Shown here piece by piece: positions 1-10,806 of a stretch of 20,000 nt of DNA. The position numbers were made by a program, and so were the translations under genes. How positions within the stretch are numbered: position 1 is the first letter of the stretch; each line of letters starts with the position of its first letter. The stretch spans positions 122,926 to 142,925 of the forward strand of contig KZ538047.1 in NCBI GenBank assembly GCA_000934665.2, written 5' to 3'. The notes beneath the pieces are model-generated. The model did no database searches and was not told where the DNA came from. It worked only from the letters and a program-made list of their open reading frames with translations. The DNA comes from Catajapyx aquilonaris. Lineage: Eukaryota.

Positions 1-970
1 TCCCCATCACTAAAATTTCAGTCACTTGCCACTATTCACATGGAACCCCCCTTTAGGTTTAGACAGCACTTTGCATAATAATCGCCTCAGATAACCAACA
101 AACCTTCTTCGTCTTCGCCAGACAAGCTTCTTTTCTTCCACCAGGATCAATAGTCCGCATAGGCATCCTGAGAGTGACTCTGGGCGAGATGGTGACATTG
201 AGTTGGTGGAGAGAGAGAATAAAGTGCGGCTCTATTGTATGAAGTGCGACGTCTATTGTTGGGATAACTTTGCTGAGGCGTACAAAGACTGAAGCGGAGT
301 AGGGAGAAGAAGGGCCTCCAAAAATGAAGGTGAAATTTTAGCCAGCACCGTTTGTGGTCTGTTGCAAAAACCACCTCGAATGGAAAATGTGCTTCTTCGC
401 AGCTGCCTGAAGGAAAAGAAAAAAATCCAAAGTAATAAAAAAAATGTGAAATTCTAATTTTGACGCTGCATTTGTCACAAGAGTTGGGTCCTGGTGTGGC
501 GTAGACAAAGATTACTGGTATATAGGCCCCCCATTTCTTATTCTGGCAGAGAATGTGGACTTCCTGAGGCCGTAAATCCCAGTTTAGTTCGGCAGTTGGG
601 AACCAGTTGCACATAATACACTCTTCTTTAGGGGGTATAGGGAAGGAAGCGCCGCCGCTTTTCCGGGCTCGTCATTTGTAACTTGCGACTGCTGCTCTTT
701 TCTCTCCCCTTTTGCTTTAATTATGCAGTTCTCGAGAAATTTTGGTAGGAAGGAAAAGGAGCATCTGCAATTTCCCTCCCACTTGTTCCGCCACGGCGAC
801 TCTTATTTCTGTCCCAGTGGATTCCTATTGGTGCGACATTTCCGAAAAGGAAATGAATGGATGGAAAACTCTGGAGACCGAAACACTGCCGTAATTTTAG
901 GCTCGCAGCTTGCCCATGTTTTTTTTTTTGTGAAATTTTATTTTCAAGAGGGATAAAACTTTGTTTCCAG

Positions 971-1165
971 CCGGTCGAATCGACCATGCTCATCACTACA
1001 ACAACGCATATCGTGCCCTGGAGGAGACACTGGTTCTGGAGGATGCACTGGAGGAGGCTCTTCGGCTGGTCAACCCACACGACACCTTGATGGTGGTCAC
1101 CGCTGACCACTCGCACGTCTTCACACTCGGAGGCACCGGAACACCCAGGGGGAACCCCATCTTAG
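971..1165 (+). CDS. ALP: Alkaline phosphatase, penultimate coding exon (195 nt, phase 1/1; gene is 5'-partial in this window)
   Basis: Translates to (A)GRIDHAHHYNNAYRALEET...DTLMVVTADHSHVFTLGGTGTPRGNPIL(G). It contains the metazoan ALP zinc-ligand motifs RIDHxHH (human PLAP D316/H320 equivalents) and TADHSH (D357/H358). Bounded by acceptor ttgtttccag| (AG 969-970) and donor AG|gtaagt (GT 1166-1167). Confidence 0.96.
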
Positions 1166-2724
1166 GTAAGTAGTTCTTTGACCCAAACTTGCTATTGGAA
1201 AGCCGCTATCGTTTCAAAACAGCAGTTTGCATGTTATAGTCGACCTATATATACAGTGAGACGGCTGACTTTTGTAGCTGTTTATTGCTGAATCTTTTCC
1301 CATCTTTGCTTGCGACTCGCTCCCATTTTGCTGAAGTCAACAAGCAAACAACTGGGGTTTCGACCCAGAGGTCGTGTCTCCTCTCTTAAAATATACCATC
1401 GTTGTCATATATTGACCGGTATTGGTTTTTGGTGTCCTGCAATTCGGTCCCCATTAGGAACAAACGAGTATTCTTTATCACTTGGCGGTATAATGAGCGT
1501 GTGGACTCGTCTGGACCCAGAAAATGGAGTCTGGGGGGTAGGGTGTGTGGAAACTAATATCGGGAGGGCCATTATCCTCTCTCGATTCCTTGCGGCGGCT
1601 CGACATTCGCCGCCGGGCTGAGGCCAGAAAACGCTGCAAATTGGTGCTGGCCGAAAAGAGGCGCACTTGTGCTCTCAACGGGCCTAATCATGCGCAGTAT
1701 TCGGTACACATCGGGTCCCCATGGTATACTGAAGAGGGTGAAGGTATATTGGCCGAATCGAGTCGACCAAGCTCGTAATATGCGGCTGGGACTAATTCAC
1801 TCGCAGCCCGCGTTTCATCTCCATGCCTGGGTGTCATTTAGGAAGTGTAGTCAAGTACGCATAATTATTTGTTATTTTTTTACAGTACAAACACGATGAA
1901 ATTTCTGCGAAAACTAAACGTGTTGACTTATCACCAGCGTGCATGTAGTTGCCACTTTCTCCGTGGAGTGGCAGTAGTGTTCAGACGATGAGCGCCATCT
2001 GCCAAGTGGGGGGGCAGTGTTGCCAAGGTTTGGGTTCACTAGGCCTGTGACATCAAAACGTCTTCTTGTGATCCTTGAGCGTGTTGTGGAGAAGAAGGAA
2101 TGCTTTTGAAGAGAGGGTTCACAGACCAGTGAGCTTTTTGTAGGGGGTTGGAAGAGAGAGGGGGGGAAAGGGGGGCGGAGGATTTGATTCCGGTGGAGAG
2201 CAGCGGTCCCACCCAATTGAATGGCTCGTTAAAGCTGTTTTTGTTAGCCTCGAATCCCATTTCAAACTACTGTTTCAACAAGTTGCGAAAGGTATTAGGC
2301 ACTTTCTCGAAACTGCAGTGCGCGGGAGGGAGGTTTTCCGCGATGTCTATTATGCTAAATATGGTTCTCTCCTGGCCGCCGCCGCAGCCCCCCCTCAGAT
2401 GCTTAAGTTGGGGGAGGGCACACAATTGAAGCAAACTGGCGTCATCCATTAGGTCATTCCCGGAAAACAGCAGCAGACTAGCCCCTGGGCTGAGTGTATG
2501 TTAGTCCCCTCTAGAGAGAAGTATAAATCGATGCATTATATGAGCCGGAATCTCGCATGGAAAAGGGAGGAAAGGTCATTTGGCCAAAACCGTAATGTCC
2601 GCAGTCGCATCCGACGAAAACGCCCGGTGGCCCGCACCAGCACATGTCCTGCGCCCCGGGGCCATTAGACCACCTGACTGCCTATTTAAGGGGGCTCTGG
2701 TTTATCGCGCCCTCCAAGCCATTC

Positions 2725-2738
2725 AGAGAGAGAGAGAG
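2725..2738. repeat. (AG)7 microsatellite
   Basis: agagagagagagag read directly. Confidence 0.85.
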
Positions 2739-5173
2739 CCCACAGAGCCATCATCCCCCCAGAGTGCCTGCAGACACACAACACCCGCACCGGAATCCTA
2801 CAGGGTGTTTCTGAAGAAAGGCTGAATAAACTATAGACAATATTTCCGCAGTGATCAAGAAACAAGGAATCATATTGTTAGACGTTTTAGGACAGCTGGA
2901 ACTCAGGCAGATCTTTCCATATAGTAAAATATTCACCAGAATGGACAGCCCCGATTGACATATTGCGTGCTGCGGGTAAAGGAGATCCTGCTGCCGCCTG
3001 TAGCAGATACAATTCCGTTTCCGGTCTTACTGCGTCGTGTTGGAGTGGTTGTTGACCTTTACAGTACTCTTAGCGGTTTAGTCACGAAGGCTTTACAGAA
3101 GTGGAATAGAACTGTACTATGGCGGAGGGTAAGGTTACACCACATCTCATGTGACCTGTGAAAGAGACGAACTTTCTGTTTACTATTGCTGTTTGATGAA
3201 TAATATATGCACATAAAGCAATTTATTGTCATAAATGCACTAATAAACGCAGTTGTAAACAGCTACAGCTCTTTTGTTAATCTAATGTGATATGGTTGTC
3301 ACGTACAGTTTTGCAGAATTATAAATTCGAGTCCATTATCATCAGTTTTGCGAGTCACCATGACTTTAGTTAGTTCCAGCAGAATTTCTTAATGTTCGTA
3401 TCTAGTCATGTGTTTTAAACCGCTGAGCTTAGGGAAGCGATCTGGTATGGAAAACCAGCACGACCCACTGCATTTCCCTCCTTCTATTAGGTGTAACTGA
3501 GAAGGCTGATTGGAAAAGCTCCCTGGAGAGAATGTCGCATGCTCGTTAAAACCTCCCTATACACACCCTTTCCCCCCATTATCCGCCATGTAAAATAGTT
3601 GTTGCGTCAAACATGACTTGTTGCGTTGCTTTATGCACGTCATGTGTACACACTTCCACAGATTAATTTTTTACGCACACAACCAAAGCAAGTTATATGG
3701 AGCTAGCTGGCATGCGGAATGAGCTTTACGAGATGACAGCTGCTTCCTACCCCCCCTCTGAACATAATATTGACGTCGACGTCTCATTTTGCATCTCCCC
3801 CCCCCCCTATCCCCTAACCCCCTTCTATACCCCCAACCTTCCTATTCAAGCTCTCCCTTGTTAGACTCTCTTGCGCGAAGACGTCTTGGAGCGGAATAAC
3901 AATTACGCCGTATCCCACAAATGAGGAAACATATATTCATGTTACTCATTTAAGTCCAGATTGGCTACGTCTGCATTTCCCCTGAGGTAATTACAGTTTT
4001 TTTGGTTGATGATTTTCATGCGCATAGACAGCAACGCTTCTAGGAACTCTGCTAGTGGCAAGTTTATAACTTACTGGTATTATCATTAAACTTGAGGACA
4101 TCATTTCTCAGGTGTTTCAATGGTGCCTTGAAAGCACAGCGTGTCAGAAGTGTAGCAAATTATGAAAGTTTTTCCGACTCCAACTTGACAGGCTCTGGCG
4201 AGTTTTTATCAATTACATTGTTAAATTACATATAATCATATAATGCTGGTTACGGAATTTAAGCAGTATTGGTCAATTCCCAAGTTAAGCAACCAATGTA
4301 ATGAGACGCAACAATCACAATTTATACCAATGCAATGAGTCGGTTCTCTTTACACTTACTATATAGTTACTGCAGTGAACTAGTTATAGTGCAACTTCTA
4401 TTATCCTACGCGTTTGAACTTACAGTGCGCTGGGTAATTACACCAGCAGATGTAGACATATGCTAAGACGTAATGCTGCATTAATTTGTACATGTAGATG
4501 AACTTGGCTCTGTAAACCTCGTATACTCTAAGAAAATCCCCCAAAAAATGACAGTTTTTTCATCTATTTTGTAATAACATTTTGATTAGCGACCTCATTA
4601 CATGAATAATTGCTCGACTGAAACAGTTGGTAAAAGTCATTGGGGCGGTTACCCCTGCATGCTGTTGGAGCACTTTTCGAGTGCTATTGGGTGCGGATAT
4701 TTCCAATACTTTGTCAAGGGGAAGGGAAGCAGATCGTGTGAGACTGTTCGGGAGGAAAAAATGGCTCGTTTCCTGCACAGTACTTCATCCCTCTGGGGAA
4801 GAATGAAACGGCTATGACTATATATCCGCTTCTGGCCAATGCATCAGAGGCAGTTTATTTCTCCCCAAGTTTTGCTGTGAGAGAATTCCTTCCTTGCTTC
4901 CTCTCTCCCTCTAATTAATTCTGTTGTCTTGATATTTGTGGCCGAATTAAGAGAATGAGCTTCCTTCTGCCATGAATCTAGAGACAATTTTGCAAGTACA
5001 GCAGCATATATACACGGTACTGTGCAGGGCGGTCTTACGTGCTTGCATAATTTATTCCAATTATCCGGCAGTGTGAAGTTTTCATGGGCGGATATTGGCC
5101 TAACTGGAGCCAGTGGACTTTTCTGATTTAGCCTCTCATAAGGACACACGAGGAAGAACACCTTCAACTTTTC

Positions 5174-5189
5174 CTCTCTCTCTCTCTCT
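5174..5189. repeat. (CT)8 microsatellite
   Basis: ctctctctctctctct read directly. Confidence 0.85.
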
Positions 5190-7123
5190 TGCTTGCGAAA
5201 GGAGAGTGGACATAAAAATGGAAATTCCCTCCTTACATGAAGCAGATGGCCTTGATTGCCTCTGCACTCCAACTCCTTCACTTCTCATCAAGAACCTTGC
5301 TTGAAACACATGAAACCAACGCTTGTAAAAACAGGCCTTCTTCTTCTTCTTTTTTTTGTTCCCTTTGCACAGCAACATATGGCAGCACAATTCCTATACA
5401 GCCAAATCGGGCCGCTCTGAACTTTACTTGCTAGCATTCAACTTCAACCCATTTCATAACTCTGGCAACATAAATTTCTATGCAAGACACTTAATTTAAG
5501 AGGGGGTAGAGCAGTGCGGAATCGTGGGTGAGTCCAGTGGCCCACCTCGGACTGCCAGAAACACGGTGAAATGTGGACAGCAGGCTCTGGGTCCAATTTA
5601 ACCCGCGGCTCCTGTGGTCGAGGCACTTGGGAGGAGAGGAAAAGGATGGAAATAACTCTTTAGGCCAGTGTAGTAGAGAGAGGAAGGTCTTCGTTCACAA
5701 GGATGGTGGAAAATTAGTGCTGCGAGAGAGGGCCTTTTGTTTACCATCTCTCCAAGCTCAAAATCTCGTTTGTAATTGGATGCCGATTTCCTCTCTCTCG
5801 CTCAGAATGCACAGATGGGGAGGCCAAGGTTTTAATCAGAAAGGTTCCAATTTCATGTCAGCAGTGCTATATTCAGTGGTGAACCAAGCTTATATACAAG
5901 CTCTATAGCTCACTCCACCAAATTATAAACATGGAAAAGGGGGGCTCGTTTTTGGCAGCCGCAGATCAAACCTTGCAAGCCTCGCTTTTAACCTGATTTT
6001 CGATTCTGCATACGGCATTAAAATTCGAGTCCGCAGTCAGTGAACTTGAAAGCGAATAAGTGCTTTTAATGTTTGGAAAAGGTATGACGTGTAAGGTTGG
6101 GGCACATTAGCACATACATCAAATATTGATGATGTATAAGTAAGAACCAAGCCCTGTGTCCATGCCCTGTGAAACTTACCTCTTGGGCCCACCTACTTGT
6201 TAATATTCATGCAAATGGCGTCTGGTTCGCTTTGCTATTCGGCCGGAAGCCCTGCTTTAATTCAAAGGGAAAACGGTCCGAATCGGAGGTCAAATTGGGC
6301 GTCCCTGGAGACTTCTAGTCCAAACTCGACTCCGTCCCGTCTATTTGTACGAATCTGCTAGGGGATCAAGACACGTGCTTATGCAGGCACCCATAAGATC
6401 AGGAATGCGAAGTGCAGCTTGGGGGGCACACTCTGGAATCAAAGTGGACAAGTGAGGAGGAGGACCAGGAACCTGGAAATTGAATTAGACCTCTGGGAGT
6501 TATCAATGGGCGTGCAAATAGCTTCCAGTTACATGGAAAGAAAGAAAAAAAAAACATTTTACTTGACCACCTTCCGAAAATGAGCCGAATCCGCGAAAAT
6601 CATAACTTGGGCAAAAAAGTGCGTATATTTGTACGTGAAATAGTTACAACGAGATAATTTCCATGCTGGAATATCCCTGACAGCATGTAATTATCGAATC
6701 TGTTCACGTGCGCGTCACTTAACTCGCGGGATTTGACAGTTTTTGCTCACAGTAAAATGTCAATGCTTATCAATCAGTGGTACGCAATTGCTGAAACAAT
6801 AACTGAGATAATGTTCTGGGTGGTTAGCGGACGTCAAACGCTATCAAAAACAGATCCCGGGACTCCGCGCATCGGTTTTCAATACCGATAAGAGTGGTTG
6901 TCTTCCGTCGCGTTGAATAAAAATGATTCAAATTGCGATGAATATATCAGTTCATATTCACCAGCCCGGGCTAATACTCCGATTTGGCTGAAAAAAATGG
7001 CTGTCAAAACGTCCCAAGAGAGGGACTCTTCAGTTTATTTCAACATTGAATGATGTGCGAATTTACAATTTTGCGAGTGTACCGTACATAATATTATTTG
7101 TTGTCACTTGCACTAAGAGAAAT

Positions 7124-7411
7124 TGCAACAGGGAGCCCCCAAGATATGCAACAAAAATCCAAACATTTATTATTCAACCGACGCATGCAACGCACGTGAA
7201 ATATTTACGTAATGACCAACATTGCAACGCTCGCCTTCACAAGCTTCAAATATTACAAACAGGTAAACATTTAATTACCTGCAGGGCATTGAAGATTACC
7301 GGCCATACTCATTACAAATGACCAGCTCGGACTCGAATAAATTCATGTCCCCATGTTGCAACAAACACATTACATATCGTGTTTTTTTGTGTGGTGCAAC
7401 GTTTATGCAAC
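7124..7411 (+). repeat. Cluster of seven TGCAAC motifs / degenerate ~38-nt tandem repeat
   Basis: TGCAAC at 7124, 7147, 7186, 7223, 7357, 7395 and 7406. Three of the spacings are 39, 37 and 38 nt. Confidence 0.55.
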
Positions 7412-8809
7412 CAGTTTACGCGCCTGGTACAGCATAAATCAGTGAGCATCGTGTCGTCCCTAAAAAGCGAAAATACACAGTAACAAGCACCGATGTCCCT
7501 GTTGGCATGTATCCAACGACGTTTTTTTTGGCGTCAGTTTTTTTTTTTGTTCATGTTGGACAAGTTGTGTATAGAAAAGGGGCAGAAGGGTCTGGTTTTT
7601 GTCATCGACCTCTCGACCTGCATGGCGTTTTTAAAAGAATAAGGCTACGTCCCTTGGGTCGACGCCTTTTTTCAATGGTAAGCCCAACTCCTGGGGATCG
7701 CGCCTCATTCAATAGCCGGACTAAAAGATGGAGGAGATAGACTTCCCCACAACTTTTTTTTCCTTCTTCTTCTTCTTCTCCTTTTCGAAAAGGGATGGTT
7801 GGTATAAGCCTTACACTGCCCTAGGCCACAAGCTGACTAGAAAAGTAATTTATAGTCTCACCTTTCAATGTTAACTCTGGCCTCAAAGCAAAAAAAAAAG
7901 ATAGACGGAGACAGCAGTTTTTGGAGGAACATGGGGCACCACAAGGTAAATACGGATTAAATATCCGGGCTTTGAGGAGAGGAAAAGTTGACTCTGTACT
8001 TCCGGATAAGTGTTCTCTTGGACTCGTTCGTGCCGAAAATTGCGATTTCAGCAGGTCTATAGTGAAGGCGGCGGCTTCAGGAAACCGGGACAAAGATTAT
8101 CTACGCAGCCGCATTGAAAAGCCGATGGGATTTGTTGAAGAGCTAGAAAAGGAGTGAGGTGTGTGGGGGGTGGGGGAAGGGGGAAGAGGAAAGGAAGAAG
8201 TTGCTGGAGTTTATTGTTCTTGGTCGGATTATTGATTTAATTACGTGCTCTGCGGAAGACACAACATCTAATCGGCAAGTACTTTCCTGCAGGTATATAT
8301 GTTGGCTAAAAAAAATATGGTTGGTTTCAAAATTCAATTCTGTGCTGCTGAGATGTCGCCAGAACACTAATTCTAAAATGCGGCATCATCAAAAGTTTTA
8401 TCTGGCCGATGCAGAATCGCAATAATCTGAACTGTGTTTTTTTTTCGAGGATGGGCTGTTTTCATTATATAAAATCCGGGGCTGCGTAACAGAGAGATAA
8501 CCGCCCTATACGCGTAGTACTAACCGATTATACTGATAATAATTTTTTGGCCTGGTTGATCTGCCGTAACAAACCGAAAAACATGGCCTACTTTACATTT
8601 ACATTACCTTTAATAACGAGGTTTGCGCTGGGGGGGGGGGGAAGTACATCCTTTTGTACGAATTGTACATTTGCGACGCACATTATGAAAATGGGACTGT
8701 ATGCTGGATTCATATAAATTAGAATGTACAGACACTGTATGGCATGCATGACTTGTTCGTATTTTGTGGGATTTGGTTGAAAGGAGTTTAAAACCCACAA
8801 ACACCTACC

Positions 8810-8895
8810 TGTAGCAACGCAAAAACCACAGTGTTGCACACATTCCCTTTTCAATATGCCCACAGCCACACACTGCGGGTTTTATGTTGGCGACA
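8810..8895. repeat. Imperfect inverted repeat in the ALP intron
   Basis: 8815-8834 matches the reverse complement of 8870-8889 at 16 of 20 positions without gaps, with short extensions on both sides. Confidence 0.6.
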
Positions 8896-9057
8896 TTAAT
8901 AATTCCATTGTGCTAACAATGGATGGAATTTTCGTCCCACTTACTTAGCAGTATAAGCGATATTATTCATCCTGACCATCCCCGCAACCCAAGCACCTCA
9001 ATTGCATTGCTGATCAGTATGAAATCAGGCGCTTACATTTTCTCGGTACATTTTCAG

Positions 9058-9515
9058 GAGTGGACACACGCGTGTCTGACGTGGACCACATGCCTTACAC
9101 GACCCTTCTGTACTCCAACGGACCTGGTTTCAGCCGGGAGGGACCTGGAGGTACTCGACCCAACCTGACCGGAGTGGACACACAGGACAGGGACTACGTG
9201 CAGCAGACAGCGGTTCCGAGGCATTGGGAGACACACGGTGGTGAAGACGTGGCAGTGTACGCAGTCGGACCAGGTTCGCACTTGTTCCGCGGTTCAATAG
9301 ACCAGACATACATCGCCCATGCCATTGCTTATGCGGCATGTATGGGCGAGCACAGGGCCGAGTGCCAGGAGCGGACCGCCGCCTCCTCGCCCGCGGGCAG
9401 TCAGCCCCGGGGCAAGAACCAGGAGCCAGTGTGCGCGCAACCCTCCAGATCCAGCAGTGCGGGTAGGCTATTGCCCAAACTAGGACTCATATTCCTACCA
9501 CTCATGCTCCTCTGA
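9058..9515 (+). CDS. ALP: Alkaline phosphatase, last coding exon (C-terminus with probable GPI-anchor signal)
   Basis: Acceptor ttttcag| (AG 9056-9057). Encodes PYTTLLYSNGPG, an N-glycosylation sequon (NLT), ETHGGEDVAVYAVGP (His zinc ligand, PLAP H432 equivalent) and YAAC-x7-C (conserved C-terminal disulfide). It then has a polar linker, SSSAG and the hydrophobic tail LLPKLGLIFLPLMLL before TGA at 9513-9515. Confidence 0.96.
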
Positions 9516-10800
9516 TGGTAATTGTGCCTTTTTTTATATATAATTTCAACCCCCCAACGTTTTTTTTGTTGTTACCCATGGACAACCCTCCGAAAGAGGC
9601 TAAACCTTTTAGAAAATCCTCAGGCTTACTGCCGCCGAAAAGAAGGAATTTAGGACTCTTGAGCTTCTTTTCCGATCTCGTATCCAACCCGCTAGAAAAG
9701 GTGACGGGCCAAACTTTTTTTTCTCCTTCTTCTTCTCCGTAACTCGGCTCAAGGCTTGGAAGAGAGAATTACCTGCTGGTTGTTTAAGACGGGCTCGAAA
9801 AAAAAAAAAAAAACTTTTTTTTTGGAGGGTCGAAGATAGCCCCTACCCTGAGTGAGTTTTTTTTTTAAAGGAGATCAGAAGAGAATGATGCCAGAGTGTT
9901 TGGTGGTAGGGTTGGTAGCCCGCAAAAGTTTTAAATCGCAGTCGGCTTCGTGACGATTTGGCAGCTATCGGAGCAGCGGGAAGTTTGCCAGTGCTAATGG
10001 GGATGGAAGAAGAAAAGCTCGAGGAGGAAAAGGAGGAACTGGGGGGTAGTGCAACAAAACGGGAGAGATTTACAGCCAGGGTTTGTCGGGACTAATTAAT
10101 TAAACACTGGCTGGAAAGTCGGAGATAATGCGGCCGCATCACAGCCAAAGGATTTGGATTTTGAGCCAAGACTTGTTGGCTGACACATACTGTGAAAACG
10201 AACGGGTCATGTCGCACCACCTGTGCGGGTTTCTTTTTGATAATCAGTGGTACTTTGTCTGGAAGTGCTGCAAATTTGGTCACATCTGATGACCTCACCC
10301 GGATTTTTGGAAATGCAACCTGATTGCTCCAGAGCGTTCATTAATAATAATAAGGGCGTATGCAACAGCGATTGTGTTTCATACGCACACTCACGAGGGG
10401 TCAGAAATATAGGCCAGGTTGTATTTTCAAATTCCGGGTATACTTTGCTGCGAGCTTCAGACATCTTCAGGGTGATTGTACTTGACAATTTATTGTGAGA
10501 TGGTATTTCCAGGCTGTTGTTGATTTTGGGAAGTGGATGGGAAGAAGTATTTTATTCTGCAGTTGTGGAGTCTGAACCGCCTATTTCCCTTGGCGACTGC
10601 TTTGTGCGGTTTCTAGTCAATTATGCAGAAGGCAAGAGGGAAATTGGGAGGCTATGGGATGAAAATCAGGGAATGTTTGGAATCGAAAAGGGCTTGTTCC
10701 TTGACACGCGCATATTGGGTACAGGCATCAAGGAATGTTGTTGTATGTTTTTAACAAAAAAAATTAAATTGCTGTGTACTTTCAGTCAGGAAACAGCCTC

Positions 10801-10806
10801 AATAAA
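10801..10806 (+). promoter_or_regulatory. Candidate polyadenylation signal for the ALP mRNA (implies a 3' UTR of about 1.3 kb)
   Basis: First AATAAA I found after the stop codon. TGTA elements lie upstream (10742, 10776) and a GT/T-rich tract downstream (10819-10836). ATTAAA variants at 10099 and 10763 are alternatives. Confidence 0.4.

Larger units (their letters stand above)
1166..9057 (+). other. ALP: 7,892-nt phase-1 GT-AG intron of the ALP gene
   Basis: Joining G1165 to GA 9058-9059 gives a Gly codon and a continuous ALP sequence ...RGNPILG-VDTRVSDVDHMPYTTLLY..., collinear with the family, so no internal exon is needed. Confidence 0.88.

Noticed and set aside
145..292. Good-looking acceptor (ttttcttccaccag|) followed by a frame reading ...KVRLYCMKCDVYCWDNF, reminiscent of a piggyBac C-terminal Cys-rich domain
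   Set aside because: The Cys pattern is explained by a local ~20-nt tandem duplication (222-238 / 242-259). There is no other transposase sequence, and in the ALP-compatible phase the segment has no ALP similarity and stops early.
1991..2025. AGCGCCATCT (CTCF-like core) and CAGTGTTGCCA (TIR-like or promoter motif)
   Set aside because: The CTCF match is partial and the TIR-like word has no inverted partner. Isolated short motifs are not supportable.
2683..2725. TATTTAAG plus CCATTC as a TATA/Inr promoter inside the ALP intron
   Set aside because: Spacing is about 38 nt rather than about 30, and no convincing downstream exon or ORF follows.
3232..3242. TAAATGCACTA, identical to the first 11 nt of miR-277
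   Set aside because: The 3' half does not match and there is no properly pairing star arm.
6560..7030. Segment with short hairpins and a tRNA A-box-like word, suggesting a TE or SINE remnant
   Set aside because: No B box, TIR pair or TSD could be defined. A repeat-library search would be needed.
7124..7411. Periodic motif cluster as a CRISPR-like array
   Set aside because: The shared word is only 6 nt, spacing is irregular, the context is a eukaryotic intron and there are no cas genes.
9798..9823. A16-C-T9 run in the ALP 3' region as a retroposon tail or terminator
   Set aside because: No TSD or upstream element body. Homopolymers are common throughout the window.
10138..10182. ATCACAGCC (miR-2-family-like start) in a ~41-nt imperfect hairpin
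   Set aside because: The hairpin is too short, the motif is on the 5' arm whereas miR-2 family matures come from the 3' arm, and the rest does not match.
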